Below are positions 38,515-52,870 of a DNA stretch of 64,000 bases, piece after piece (position 1 is the stretch's first letter; every line of letters starts with the position of its first letter). The stretch comes from Octopus sinensis (Eukaryota), in NCBI RefSeq assembly GCF_006345805.1, contig NC_043021.1, positions 1,178,001 through 1,242,000 on the forward strand. Direction: 5' to 3'. Made by a program: the position numbers and the translations under genes. The notes beneath the pieces were generated by a model. The model saw only the letters and a program-made list of their open reading frames with translations, did no database searches and was not told the origin of the DNA.

Positions 38515-39456
38515 AACAAGCTGGTAATGTTTATAATAAAGTTCTTCGGATAGGCCATCCATTCTCAGCTGTTTGCCTCTGCTGAAATACGTCTCTTGAA
38601 ACTCCTTGAATCTTAATCCAAGTTTGGCGACAAATCATGAAATGTAAGCTTCGACGCCCCCTGTCTCCTGTCTGTCGCTCTTTGCAGACAATTGCTGTTG
38701 AACAATTGTACATTAGCTTGATATCAAATTGCACCTTCATCGCCGTAGTCTGTCAGTAACCGAAGTGCTATAACGCCATGCTGCACAATCACTGCCTGGG
38801 CCCATGGACCAGCTTTCGTGCCCTCATCATTCAGAGCATGCGCTCCAGCACAAACAGCAGGCCCTGCTAATCACATAAGTGATGTCTTCTTCCTCAGAAA
38901 TATGACATAATCTGCATTTACGCTTGCATCTTAGAACTCCAAGGACTTCACTGTCTCTTTTGTTAATTAGGCATTTAGCAGCAAATGCATATTCTTTGAA
39001 CTGTGATCTAATACAGCGGTCACGAGTTCAAGAGAAGATTGATTTCACGTCAATGTTACTATCTTCATCAAGTCAACGAGAAACATACCCATGTATGGTC
39101 TTCTTTTGGAGTGCTGAGTTTTCACATCCAGGCCTTCTTTGAGGTATGCTTGTCCGGTCGATTTGGGTTTGAGTGGGAGGTCATCAGGAAGAGGGTGCTT
39201 TATGAGGAGCTCACTTCCAGCACATTGGATATAGTTTTCTTCACTTTTCAGCACAAGGTATTCATTTTTGCTGCTGTTGCTTAAAAAGCCCCTATTTCCT
39301 TTGTATCTTCTTAGGCAGAGTCTGTCGATATAACTATTTTAGTGGAGATTTCCAGTTGATGTCAGAATCTTGCGAGTTTTAATGTCTATGGAGTGGATTT
39401 CTTCTAAAAACCAGTCAAGTATCACAAATGTTGGAATCAGCACTGGTATTGAAAAT
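38515..39456 (-). mobile_element. Older R4/Dong-like fragment
   Basis: FSIPVLIPTF at the 5' end and SQFKEYAFAA...KCRLCHISEEEDITYVI are homologous to the 41276-43972 element. Confidence 0.65.
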
Positions 39457-40158
39457 GTATGTATGTAAGTATATATGTACGTATGTATGTATGTATGTAT
39501 GTTTGTATGTATGTATGTTTGTATGTTTGTATGTATGATTGTATGTATGTATGTATGTATGTTTGTATGTATGTATGTATGTATGTATGTATGTATGTAT
39601 GTATGTATGTATGTATGTATGTATGTATGTTTGTATGTATGTATGTTTGTATGTATGTTTGTATGTATGTATGTATGTATGTATGTATGTATGTTTGTAT
39701 GTATGTTTGTATGTATGTATGTTTGTATGTATGTATGTATGTATGTTTGTATGTATGTAGTATGTATGTATGTATGTATGTTTGTATGTATGTATGTATG
39801 TTTGTATGTATGTATGTATGTTTGTATGTATGTATGTATGTATGTATGTATGTATGTATGTATGTATGTTTGTATGTATATATGTTTGTATGTTTGTATG
39901 TATGTTTGTATGTATGTATGTATGTATGTATGTATGTTTGTATGTATGTATGTTTGTATGTATGTTTTTATGTATGTATGTATGTATGTTTGTATGTATG
40001 TATGTTTGTATGTATGTATGTTTGTATGTATGTATGTTTGTATGTATGTATGTATGTATGTATGTTTTTATGTATGTATGTATGTATGTTTGTATGTATG
40101 TATGTATTTATGTAAGTGTATGTATGTATGTATGTATGTATGTAAGTATGAATGTTTG

Positions 40159-40189
<31 letters not shown>

Positions 40190-40196
40190 GTGTATG

Positions 40197-40227
<31 letters not shown>

Positions 40228-40663
40228 GTGTATGTATGTATGTATGTATGTATGTATGTTTGTATGTATGTTTGTATGTATGTATGTTTGTATGTATGTA
40301 TGTATGTATGTATGTATGTATGTATGTAGTATGTATGTATGTATGTATGTATGTATGTATGTATGTATGTATGTATGTATGAATGTTTGTATGTATGTAT
40401 GTATGTATGTAGTGTATGTATGTATGTATGTATGTATGTATGTATGTATGTATGTATGGTATGTATGTATGTTTGTATGTAAGTATGTATGTATGTTTTT
40501 ATGTATGTATGTATGTATGTTTGTATGTATGTATGTTTGTATGTATGTATGTATGTATGTTTGTATGTATGTATGTATGTATGTATGTATGTTTGTATGT
40601 ATGTACGTATGTATGTATGTATGTATGTATGTATGTTTGTATGTATGTATGTATGTTTGTATG

Positions 40664-40694
<31 letters not shown>

Positions 40695-41275
40695 GTATGT
40701 ATGTATGTATGTATGTATGTATGTATGTATGAATGTTTGTATGTATGTATGTATGTATGTAAGTGTATGTATGTTTGTATGTATGTATGTTATGTATGTA
40801 TGTATGTATGTTTGTATGTTTGTATGTATGTATGTTTGTATATATGTTTGTATGTATGTATGTTTGGTGTATGTATGTATGTATGTATGTATGTATGTTT
40901 GTATGTATGTATGTTTGTATGTATGTATGTATGTATGTTTGTATGTATGTACGTACGTATGTATGTATGTATGTTGTATGTATGTATGTACGTATGTATG
41001 TATGTATGTATGTTTGTATGTATGTATGTATGCATGCATGTATGTATGTTTGTATGGATGTATGTATGTATGTATGTATGCATGCATGCATGTATGTATG
41101 TATGTATGTATTATGTATGTATGTATGTATATATGTATGTATGTAACGTATGTATGTATGTATGTTTGTATGTATGTATGTATGTATGTTTGTATGTTTG
41201 TGTGTATGTATGTATGTATGCATGCATGTATGTATGTATGTATGTATGTATGTATGTATGTATGTATGTATGCAT
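39457..41275. repeat. ~1.8-kb (TATG)n/(CATA)n satellite
   Basis: Directly visible; source of the many MYVC/HTYI pseudo-ORFs. Confidence 0.98.
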
Positions 41276-43972
41276 GTGCAGATTTGTATGTTTTATGTAC
41301 GTATTCTCATGCATATAGTTGCATATCTAGACATGCTCATATATATTTAAATGATAAACTTCTGGAAAGTTTTACAGATTTTTATTGTTCCAGTGATGGA
41401 TTGGATCTATAGTCTTCGAATTAGCTTTCTCCTTTCTGTTTTTGAGAAGCCTAATTTCTCAAGAGTGGTATTTAGGCAGTGTGTTACATATCCCAGGGCT
41501 CTAATAATTTCATATATAAACCTGAACTTGTAATCTGGATAGAGTAACTTCAGATTTCTCAAAAGTTCAGCATAGGTGTTCTCTCTTTACCTGATCTTCA
41601 GTTTTATGTTAACAACCGCTGGGCAGCTAATTTCCACAACTGTACGCAGTTTCTCTTCTCTATCCCAAATAATTATATCAGGTCTGTTGTGCTTATTTTT
41701 TATTGAGGTCATCACTGGAACATTCCACCAGTATTCCTTTTCATTATGAGTGGCTATGACTTGTACCATATTGTGGGTTCTTATTTCTTTATCCTCGGGA
41801 TTAATCTTCCGACGGATTTTGTTATAGAGTGTCCTAGCTACAACATCATGCCTCATCGATAGATAATACCATGATGACATTTCAGACAACTGCTTATGAT
41901 GTGTGTGATATCTTCAGTGTGAACTCCACAAAGTCTGCATAGGTTGTCACATTTTACGGCTTTTCTTGCATCTCTATCCCTTTTGTGCATCAGGTACTTG
42001 GTTGATATTTCCTGTTTCTGGATTGCAAACGCATACCCTTCAAAGTGGGAGGTAGTAACTCGGCAATTCGTCCATGATAAATTGCTTTGATGATCGAGGT
42101 TACTATCATCACGGAGCTTTCTACTAACATATCCATGCATAGTCTTCTGCTCATATAGACTCATCCTTTCATCTGATATGTTGCGGTAGAGTCGCATCTA
42201 TTCTAGGTTATCAGACAAAGTGTTGCTCAAGGAGCTGCCTTCCAAGTCTTATGATGTTATCAGCTTCATCTATGCAAACTTGATGAAGGGATGCACTTCG
42301 AGGCTTGGTGGTTAAATGATGTTGCCGAAGGAATATGATGCGACATTCAAAGGCATTTTGAATAGATGTTAAGCCTCTGCTGTCTTGTTTACATTTTAGG
42401 TAGAGGCAGTCTACGTCATTGTTTATGTGGAAATTATGTGTGCTTGTTAGTATTTTCCGGGTTTTCACATCAATGGCTCGGATCTCACCAAGCGCCCAAT
42501 CAAACAGCCCAAAGTTGGTATGTGTACTGGCACTGCAAATACATTGTGGGCCACTGTTTTATTGAATGCAGATAGTTCTGGGCTCCAAATTTTCTTTATT
42601 CGGCTTTTCTTTATTCGGCTGTACATTTCTTTAGTAACCCGTGTTTTATTACAGGTGCCACTGTAAGATATATTTTCATCCACCCCTAAATACCTGTAAC
42701 ATTCCTCGTCAGATACAGGGGAAACAGTCAAATCATTGACGGAGATGCTACTAGCCTGGTTTATAGTTTCCCCCTTTTTCACAACCATATAACAACATTT
42801 ATCCTGACCAAACTCCAACTCTACTTTCTTTGAGAATGCTGTAACTAGGTTAAGATTCTTTTTCATCCCATGCCTATTCTTTGTCTAAAGTTTAAAGTCA
42901 TCCACAGAGAAACAGTGTGTAATTTTGGTACTTCTGTTTCCTTGCGAGCGAATGAGATATCTTTCAGATTTCCTTTTCTTGAATGACAAGGGGTTTACAG
43001 AAAGTATATACAACATCATAGAGAGGCAGTCTCCTTGGCATATGCCTTTGCGATATTGTATTCTGTCGGTGATTATACTTTGTGTTTAGTTTCAAGATAG
43101 TGGCCCACGACGAAGTCAGCAAGTTGAAAGGATTCTAGCATCCATGAGTGGGGAATAGAGTCAAAGGCTTTCTTGTAGTCTAGCCACATTGAAACTAGGT
43201 TCCTCCTATGCTCTCGCAACTCTGACATTACAGTTTTGTTGATTAGCAATTGCTCGGCACATCCCCAGACTCTCTTCTTTGCAGTTGCTTGTTTTGCTGT
43301 GATAATGTTATTGGTTTCATAATGGTCCTGGAGGAAGAGGTTTAAACATGCTTATATGTCTTATACACTTAAATTCTGGCGTGCAATTGGCCGGTAGTTT
43401 TTTTTTTTTTTGCCATGTTGGTGGTTCTGCATTTGGGGATCAATTTTGCCTCTGCCAGAGCTAGCCAGAGTGATATTCTACTGTTCCCAATGAAAGCTTG
43501 CTGGTGCAGATTGATAAGATATGGTCATTAGAATGTTAGCTTCTTGCACCAATATCCAGCAATCGAGTCTCTTCCAGGCACTTTTCATCCTGGAATTTCA
43601 GGATCACAGTTGCAAGAGTTTCACAATCAATGTTGAATGTCTTGGGTGTAATACAGGAGCAACAACGTTTTCGGATTTCTTCCAGCTACAGAGCATCTTG
43701 GTTAAATTCCTTCTCTTCACTCCAGACTTTCCTCCAGAAGGAGTCTAATGTCTTCTCGTGAAGGAGCTTCCGTCATGTTTACTGCTCCTCCTCTCATGTC
43801 TCTGTCAACTGCTGCTTGGTTGCGCTTTAATTTTTTGTTTATTGTTCTTCTCTCGGTTATTTTCTTTTCATGTCGGAGTTTTTCACTGACAGCTTTTAGC
43901 TCCTGCTTAAGGGTAATCAGTTTGCAAGTGAGTGTCCCCTTTTTGCTGTCTCCAAACATCATTTCTGTCTCC
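41276..43972 (-). mobile_element. 5'-truncated R4/Dong-like non-LTR retrotransposon (RT, CCHC, restriction-like endonuclease), frameshifted
   Basis: WLDYKKAFDSIPHSW, KGICQGDCLS, HCFSVDDFK, YRYLGV, CRLCGVHTEDITHIISSC, RHD, NRPDIIIWD..VVEISCP. Confidence 0.92.
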
Positions 43973-45289
43973 TGTATGTATTTATGTATGTATGTATGAA
44001 TGTACTTTTCCTGTTATTCCCGTATTTAAACTACCATTCTCTCCATCTTCAATATGTTATGTCTCTCTCTCTCTTCTTCTTATCTCCTCTCTCTCTTTTC
44101 TTTCTCTACCTTGTACTTAAATGCAAACTTTTTTTCATCTATTCTCTCGTTTCACACCTATTCATATTTTTATTTATTTATTCTCTTATTTCTCTCCTCT
44201 TTCTCTCTCTCTCTCTCTCTCTGTCTCTCTTTTGCGTCACCCGCTATCAAATTTATATAAAAGTCAATGACTTCTCAAACACTCCTGTTTCTTCTCAAAG
44301 TGTACGTCTCAAGCTAGAAGTCGCAACACTTTATCTCATAATAATTTCCAACTCTAGTTCCTATCCGTTTTATCACTGACTTCAAACACTTTTAACTTCT
44401 TTTATAATAGAAGAGTCACCGTCATTGACAAGTCGAGAAAAATACTCACCGTCATGGAAATCGTTTTTTTTTTTATATTTTGAAAAGAAACTGAAGAGTA
44501 AAACACAATATTGTTTTTGTTACTTCAGAAAGTTGTCAAACCTGTACGAATATTTTCCCGTGAGTACGGTGAGTGTATTCAAAAGATATTCACTAAATGT
44601 ATGTCAAGGTTTAATAAAGTCTTTCACTGAAATATCATTTTAACTGAGATTGCCTTTTGTTGTAAACACCTTTTGATATCATTGTATAATTTCAAACCAT
44701 CTCTGATGCCTACAGTCGATCGCTCGACACATTTGTTGCTTCAATTAATCCGTGTCCCAACTGGATTGAGAACAGTGAACCCCAATAAACCGAGATATAT
44801 CCTATGGGTTGTAATGTGATAGACTGGACATGGCATATTATCTTTATTGTCTACTATGCTTATGCACAACTAATTGTGTTATCATTGCTTAGATTTGCAC
44901 TAATCCAATAAATTTATTATCCAGGATCAAAAAGGTGCTCCAGTCGTGACCATCCTATCATTTCTTATACTGCCCAGTGTTTCAGTTCTACTGTCTTAAG
45001 ACGGTAACCTGTATTTGAGGGAATTCACTGCTATTTCGAGTAGGTCAACTTACCATCTAATGGTTCCTTTCTGACTCTTCTGTGCTGATGGTTCATCTCG
45101 CATTGGAGGTGGATCTGGTGGTGGGACTGGTGGTGGTGGTAACAGTAGAATTAAGTGAGGGGGTGGGGGTCACAATAGCAGCGAGTCTGATGACCTCAGT
45201 CCAGCGGTGGCTGCTTCCTCTCCGGGTTGTAAGAACGAACACAGTTTTATACGTCAAGAAAGTTACTAATGTTGCAGTTTGTGTTGCAT

Positions 45290-45680
45290 CTTTTATCGCT
45301 TACATGTTCAGGTCACGTGACTGAGTCCATGCTGGGGACACCTTGTTAAAGAATTTTACTCGAACGAATCGACCCCAATACTTATTGTTTGAAGCCTGGT
45401 GCTTATTCCATCGGTCTCTGTTGCAGAACCGCTAAGTTACAAGGAGGTAAACACCAGCACTGGTAGTCAAGCAGTGATGGGGGACAAACACAAGCATAAA
45501 CACACACACACACGCACACACACGACAGGCTTCTTTCAGTTTCCGTCTATCAGATCTCCTTACAAGGCTTTGATCACCCCGAGGTTATAGTTGAAAACAC
45601 TTGACCAAGGTACCACGCAGTAGAACAAAATCCGGAACAATGTGATTTGGAAGTAAGCTTCGTAGCATACAATCGCGCCT
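45290..45680 (-). mobile_element. Family A SINE
   Basis: AATCGACCCC...GAACCGCTAAGTTAC...GGCTTCTTTCAGTTTCCG...CCAAGGTACCACGCAG. Confidence 0.75.
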
Positions 45681-46142
45681 CAGGTTTATTTTATATATTT
45701 ATTTGATTAAGGGAAATGTGCTTTTGGGATGGATTCCCAGTTGTGTTGTGTCTGAATGTTACAAAAGAGGGTTTTTTTTTCATGGATTGGAAGGAACTTG
45801 AAGCTTGCTCTAGTGATATATTGTGTCTATCACATGTCCCAGTAGACTATCGTTTGTAGCTTTATTGTTCCATTGTACAAAGGATCTATGGATGTGATCG
45901 GGATATAATCGCGGCTAAATACATAATACGCCATATTGTGTAATTCGAGGTTTATTATGGGGAGATTACAAGATAATCTATACCATCGTCCCTGAGCTGA
46001 TGGCTAGTTAAGACTGGCGTAGTATAGTCATACACAGACCCTTACACGGTGTCGATCCGGCGGTTCTATAGCCTTTTAGCATACAGAGAGGTTAGCAAAT
46101 ATCACACAAGTCTCACAGCATTCTCTTTTAGCCAATAGGACA

Positions 46143-46289
<147 letters not shown>

Positions 46290-47221
46290 ATAGTTTAAAG
46301 TAGCAGGAAATAGGGTGTGAATACTTCGCTGGACTTTACAATGTCAGAGTGGTAAGAAATTCTCAAGAGAGCTGAACAGCAGGTCTACAGAGAAGAAACC
46401 GCACTCAGTCAAGTGTTCCAGCCCTTAATTCTTACACTCTAAGGGGGCAGGGCTACATCCAGGTCATGACTCATAGGTGTCCTTCTGCTGACATATTCCA
46501 GCCACTTCGAAATCGGAATCGTGCGCTTTTAGACCATTTGGAGATTTCGTCTCATAGCAGTAGCCCCTCTCCGTTGACTCAACTTTCAAATTTATACTTA
46601 AAGAAGAAATAGTGCGTAGAATTTTGTAAAAAAAAAAAAAAGGTGTGTATGAGAAAACAGGTGTGCATCTGTAAACAGGTGTGCATTCATGTGTTTGTGT
46701 GTAAAAGCGGAAATAACACATGAAAGAATGATTAACTTCAAACAAGAAAATTTGATTGGATTCTATTTCTGCTTCTTGTGCTTTGTATATTCCACGATCA
46801 CGCGCGCACACACGCACCTACACTTCTGTGTCACAGATATTCACGTGTCACAGATACATGCGGTCGTGTGAGCGTCGATATACTTGTTGTCATGCAAATT
46901 TTTTTAACAGCCTTTCCATTAATCTTTCTCGAGATTAAAGATTGGTTGCATTCGCCCATACAAATGAACGTGTCTTAAGTTTCGCAAAGATATAATTAGC
47001 ATCTTCAATAAGCGCGGAGGAAAGTTTTCATTCAACACCAACCGAAAAAATAGTGAATTATTATATTTTATGTATTCTCGAGGAATATTCATATCTTGTG
47101 TCACTTCAAAGTTATGTCATAAGACGTTAAATGAGGCTCCATTTTCACAAATATGAAATGTGGAGACAAAGATTTTTCAACCTGTGAAGAGAGATGAATG
47201 AATGTCATATATGCCACATTA

Positions 47222-47372
<151 letters not shown>

Positions 47373-47869
47373 GGCTGTCTGCCTGTCTGCCTGTCTGTCT
47401 GTCAATGTATATATCTCTTCTGCTTTTAATCATTTAAATTCTTCCCCTGAAGAAGCTGATTTCCGATGCTGGTCGAGTTGGAGGGAACCACGGTGAGCAT
47501 GGACATCGCGGGAACGAAGACCGATGAGGCCATCTGCGGGTGCAATAACTTCATGCACGGGCTTTGTTAACATTTTTTATAGAGAAAAGTTTAGCGATGG
47601 TCTTCCTCGGTTACGCGTGGTTAGAGATGGGAATAGAAATGTCTTAGCTATTAGTATTATTATTACTATTATCGTTATTATTGCTATCGTTGTTGTTAAT
47701 TATTCTAGCTGTAACAGTGGTGGACGTTGTGGTAGTATTCTGGATAGTGTTAGTGGGATAGGTTAGGTTGTGGTTGTGCTCTAACGTATGCGGTTCAATA
47801 CTGGAGCTGTGTACATGTTGGGCGCTCGTGTATTCAGAGTTGTTATAGTGTGAGTTTGGATAGTAGAGA

Positions 47870-48260
47870 GAATGCTTCTGTTTATTAGAGGCTGCTATGA
47901 TAGACTCGAAGTTGGGAGGGGTGGAATAGGATATTTTCAGGGTAGATCTATTAAAGATAGAGTAATATTTATGGTGACGAGGGAAGTTGGAGTCCGGTAT
48001 ACTAAAGAAGGATTTAGCTAAGTTCTTAACGTTTAGTGAGGAGGGGGTGTATACCATAGAATAGAGCGTCTACCACTTTTTTGGGTGCTTAGGGGTAGTG
48101 CTATCTATATTTTAGGATAACTCTATCCCTAAGCACCCCTCCATTTTCAGAAAATATAGATAACACTATCCCTACGTACCCTAAAAAGTGGTAGACGCTC
48201 TATTCTACGTATACATTCCACTTCTCACTAAACGTTAAGAACTTAGCTAAATCCGTCTTT
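47870..48260 (-). mobile_element. Penelope-like element relic with internal inverted duplication
   Basis: YTPSSLNVKNLAKSFFS...FPRHHKYYSIFNRSTLKISYSTPPNFESII resembles the PLE linker between RT and GIY-YIG (SLNV...HKIFNR..VSYS..N..II). Confidence 0.75.
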
Positions 48261-48696
48261 GTGGTGTACTAAGTGTATTATAAGGAGGAGTTGGGCGTGT
48301 TTAGGTAACGAGCAATGGGAGGAGAAAATGAATATATACCCTTGCTCGGAAGGAGCGTGGTGTTATAATACGGCACTTGTAAATGACACTTTTACGTAGA
48401 CAGGAGCTTCCAAGAGGGCATAATTGAGACATGCGATAGTTTCAAGTTCCCCTACCTGCTCTGTGGTTGGGGTTTATCGCTAGTGAGGTTAAGCCCAGTC
48501 GGTTCATTGTTAGTTGGAGAGAACCTGAAGAGTAATCTGTATTAGGATTGGGACGTGGCATTGCAGCTGGTATTTGTTGTTAAATTGCTTGGCCTTACAT
48601 TTACTCCTCTACTTACTCAAGTTCAAATCTCTTGTGCACTACGAAGTATATTCTATACAGAGAATAGCTGTCTCTAATCTATAAACTATACATGTA

Positions 48697-48785
<89 letters not shown>

Positions 48786-48799
48786 CTTCCTATCTATAT

Positions 48800-49265
48800 G
48801 AAGGTGCGTGGGCCTGGTACTGAGGCGTATCCACTGACGATCACGAGATCGTGACTTCGATTTCTCGACCAGCTGTGCGTTGTGACCTTTAGCAAAAGAT
48901 TTTATTTCACGTTGCTCCACTCAGTTCAGCTAACAAAAATGAGTTGTACAAGTCTTTCAAAGAGTCAGCCTGGTCATATTCTGTTTCACGCTGAATCCCC
49001 CTGAGAACTACGTGAAGGGTCCGCGCGTCTGGATTGCTCAGCCACTTGCACGCTCATTTCACAAGCAGGCTGTTCCGTTGTTCTGATCAACTGGAACCCT
49101 TGTCGTCGTAACCGACCGAATGTCAATTTATATAGATGGGTAATCTTGCGTCGGACTAACCTTCGCATCAGGGGGGATGTTGGCTTGCTGACCATTCAAA
49201 AGCTAAAATGATGTCAAGTGCTTTGTGACCAATGATGTGTAGCATCTGATAGTCTAGTCGATCAC
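48800..49265 (+). mobile_element. tRNA-derived SINE (third family), degenerate
   Basis: tRNA-like head with B-box-like GACTTCGATTTC, followed by TTGTGACCTTTAGCAAAA and a (CA)n tail. Confidence 0.5.
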
Positions 49266-49566
49266 ACGATGCACACACACACACGCACACACACACACAC
49301 ACTATGTAACCACACACATGCTAGTCAAGAACTTTTGCCTGCCCTGGACCATTCCGTTCTGTTTCTAACGAAATACTGTTGTTCTCGAAACGTAGAAAAC
49401 CCACGATTTTTTCTATCTTTTTCCACCTTTACTGAACGCCAAGCTAATACATTCCATATGTACATCCTTATTTTACTATTTTCAATGTTCGATCTGTATG
49501 TATATATATATATTTGTTTGTACTCCACCTGCCTTCGTCTTTTGCTTATTTTCATAAAGCTTCCCG

Positions 49567-49599
<33 letters not shown>

Positions 49600-52114
49600 T
49601 GTTACAAAAAGAAAATAGAAACTACACGTGGAAATGTAAGGGGAAAGTAGGAAGAAAAATAAGCGAAAATGCTCATTGGAAATCAAAAAAAGTAAAGACT
49701 TTTTATGAAAAGTAACGATAGATATATACAAGTAGATGAACTGAAGTAGGAACAAAAGTAATAAAAGTCATTGTGAATTGTTAAAGAGATTCAAAAGCAT
49801 ACCGGTTTCGTGAATTTACTAATCATTGCTTATATATATATATACACACACACATATATATATATCGATAATAAGGAGAATGAAGAATTTGAACATAGAA
49901 ATTTCATGTTTATTTACAGATTGTTTATACATAATAATTGTCCCAGCCAATGTGCCAACTCTATGATGGGTTTTGACTGGTTCTGCAGATGCATTTTTGT
50001 GTATACTTATGTACCACTTCCGATACCCAGTAGACTGACACACCTTGTTACAAACAGGACACGTATTTTGTTTTGGTCTTGGAGGGAGTTTGTTCCTATT
50101 TGAGTCCTCTCTCAAAATCACTAGGCAACCGTTTCTGCTTTTGAACAGCTCGTTTTAGTTTTGCATGTTGAACTCTGCATTGTTCAAATGTTTCACAATC
50201 TTTCTAGATTGTACCATACCAAGCGTTTCCCAGTATTCGTTTACCATGTTCAAAAGATTGAGGTTTGGCTTTCTCACATTCTTATATCTCTTTCGGAGTT
50301 AATGCTGCGGGCGCTTATTTAGTGTTATTTCTCCATAATGTAATTGTTTAGGAATCCTTGTGTCATTATTCTAATTAAACAACCCATTCAGTGCATTTGA
50401 TTCAAAATAATGATTTTTCAATGCTGGGCATTATAGTGTTTGCAATGTGTTATGGTGTTTGGAGATTTTGTCCGCACGACCGCACGCACACATATATAAT
50501 CTTGTAGAATGATACATACCTCTCACAATTTCGCGACAATTAGATACAGGTATCGAAATGATATCGATTTAAATTGATTAATCCTCATCGCTTAGATTCG
50601 TTTCAGATGATGCTGAGAGAAATGTAGCAACGAGCTAGTCGGTTTACATTAAGTTAATCAGACATATTTTTTTGTTTCAACGTGGTTTAAGCAATTTATT
50701 TACATGTGTTAGTTCGATACTTATTCAAAAACTGATTTCTGTCAAAGATATCGGTCAATACAATCAATGTCAAGATCTTGACAGTGGTGAGACATAATTT
50801 AGTAATGAAGAATATTTTCATCCCACCTCGGCTTTGAAGCCAGTTCACCGAAACGAAGCAACGCAGCTGTAAGGATACGAAACCGCATTCAGTTAAGTGA
50901 AAAATAAACAGAGGTGGGACGGGAAGTAGCAAGATGGACATACACTGCTGTTGTTTTGTCCTAGGTTAGCTCTAATGAATCAGGAGATTCATTATGTTCA
51001 AAAGCGTTCCTACCGTGACCATACTACCATGATTTTTTGAGACATCCGTGCTCATTGGGTGACATCATTGAATGAATTGATATTAAAGACGGTACGATGT
51101 GATTTGAGGGAGATTTGTTTGTTATTTGTAACAGATCGAAATACTGTTAAGACATAAATGCTTCGCCCGTCGCGGCCTCAGTTTTGAACAGAAGAGGGAA
51201 CCGTGTGAAAGAGGAAGGTAGATTATTAAGGACGTCGGCGGGGACGGGGCAGGTTAACAGTTGTCCCTACGTCCGAACAACTATCGTCTTTGTTTAGATT
51301 CTTATACGTACTTTGGTTCCGAACTAATGCACACATATCACCAGAGAAATCTCCTTCTTCTTCTTCTTCTTTCTTCTTCTTCTTCTTCTTCTTCTTCTTC
51401 TTCTTCTTCTCTTCTTCTTCTTCTTCTTCTTCTTCTTCTTTCACTCTTGGTTCATTTGTACTTGTACTGTGCGCGTGTGCCGCACTTGTGTACACGCGAG
51501 TGTATGCGTGATTGTGTGTGTGTGTGTGCGTGTACACGCAAGTGTATGTGTGTGTGTGTGTGTATGTGTGCACATATTTGTATATTTGTGTGTGTGTCTG
51601 TGCGTATTTATGTGCACGTGTATGCGTGGATTTGTTTGTGTTGTATGAGTAGGTGTGTTTTTGTGTTTATACATTTGTCTGTGTATTGTGTGTGCGTATA
51701 TGTGTGTCTATGAACGTGTGTGTGTATGTGTGTGTGTGTGTGGATTCTTCGCTCTCTTTATTCCAAACCTCTTTCCCACCCACAACCTTTTATTTGTAAT
51801 TTTTATATTTACGCCTTTATTTTGTATTTTTCTTTTTTCTCTTTTCAACCACCTCCTCATCTCCTTCCTCTCCACCTCATCCCACCACTTTCTCCAAAGC
51901 ACAATAGATAATGTTACCCTAGGTAGACTGTGCTTTGAAAACTGTAATCAACAAGCAGAACACTTATAAAGCTAAACAACTACCACCACCGCCGCCGCCA
52001 CCGCCGCCATCGCCGCCACCACTGCCGCCACTGCCGCCACTGCCGCACCACCGCCGCCATTACCGTGTGAAAATTTACGAGAAAAGAAATTCAGATGGCC
52101 TAAATATATCTGTT

Positions 52115-52870
52115 TGTACTTACTCTTCTCCTTGTTCCAGTCGTTTGACTGCAGCCATGCTGGAGCACCATCTTTGTTTTAGTCGAACAAATCAATCCCA
52201 GGACTTAATTTTGAAGCCTAGCACTTGTTCTATCGTTCTCTTTTGCCGAAACACTAAGTTACGGTGACGTAAACACACCAACACCGGTTGTCAAGCGGTG
52301 ATAAGTGGACAAACATAGACACAAAGACACAAAAACATACATATATTATTTATGTTATTTATAATTTGTCATCTTGTTCGTTGTTAACACAACGTTTACA
52401 AGCACTAAAATTCACTCCGTAATTGCCCACGGGCATATGGTGTAATGGTTTAGAGCGCCGGCTACTAACCCCAAGATTCCGAGTTCGAGTCCATGCAATG
52501 ACCTGAATTATAATAATAATAATAATAATAACAATAACATCGAAAAATACCTTAGGAATGAGAGCCCAAGTTCAAAATTTCCCCAAGACACCTGATGAAG
52601 GCTGGAGAGTATATCAGTCGAAACGTTGTGTTAACAACAAACAAGACGAGGACAAATTTCCGTCAAATGTAAATAATGAACACAATTCCTCATCTCTCAA
52701 ATATTGAACTGTATACATATATATGACAGGCTTCTTTCAGTTTCCGTCTCCCAAGTCTTTTGTCAGCCCGTGGCTATAGTAGAAGACACTTTCCCAAGGT
52801 GCCACGCATTGACTGAACCCGGAGATATGTGGTGGAGACCCAAGCTTCTCACCACACAGCCATGACTGCG
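52115..52870 (-). mobile_element. Family A SINE interrupted by a ~365-bp insert (52345-52710)
   Basis: The SINE halves either side are colinear with the uninterrupted copy at 45290-45680. Confidence 0.75.
52587..52632 (+). ncRNA. Minimal hammerhead ribozyme motif in the nested insert
   Basis: GACAC-CTGATGA-A-GGCTG...CAGTC-GAAA-CG-TT-GTGTT; palindromic AACGTT at stem III. Confidence 0.6.

Noticed and set aside
39459-41412. Long MYVC/HTYI-repeat ORFs (also near 8000, 9300, 11600, 24200, 47200, 55650, 60700)
   Set aside because: They are translations of (TATG)n, (CA)n, (TA)n and (GATA)n microsatellites.
47445-47640. Hammerhead starting at CTGAAGA near the Penelope relic
   Set aside because: No matching stem II closure with GAAA and cleavage triplet could be found.
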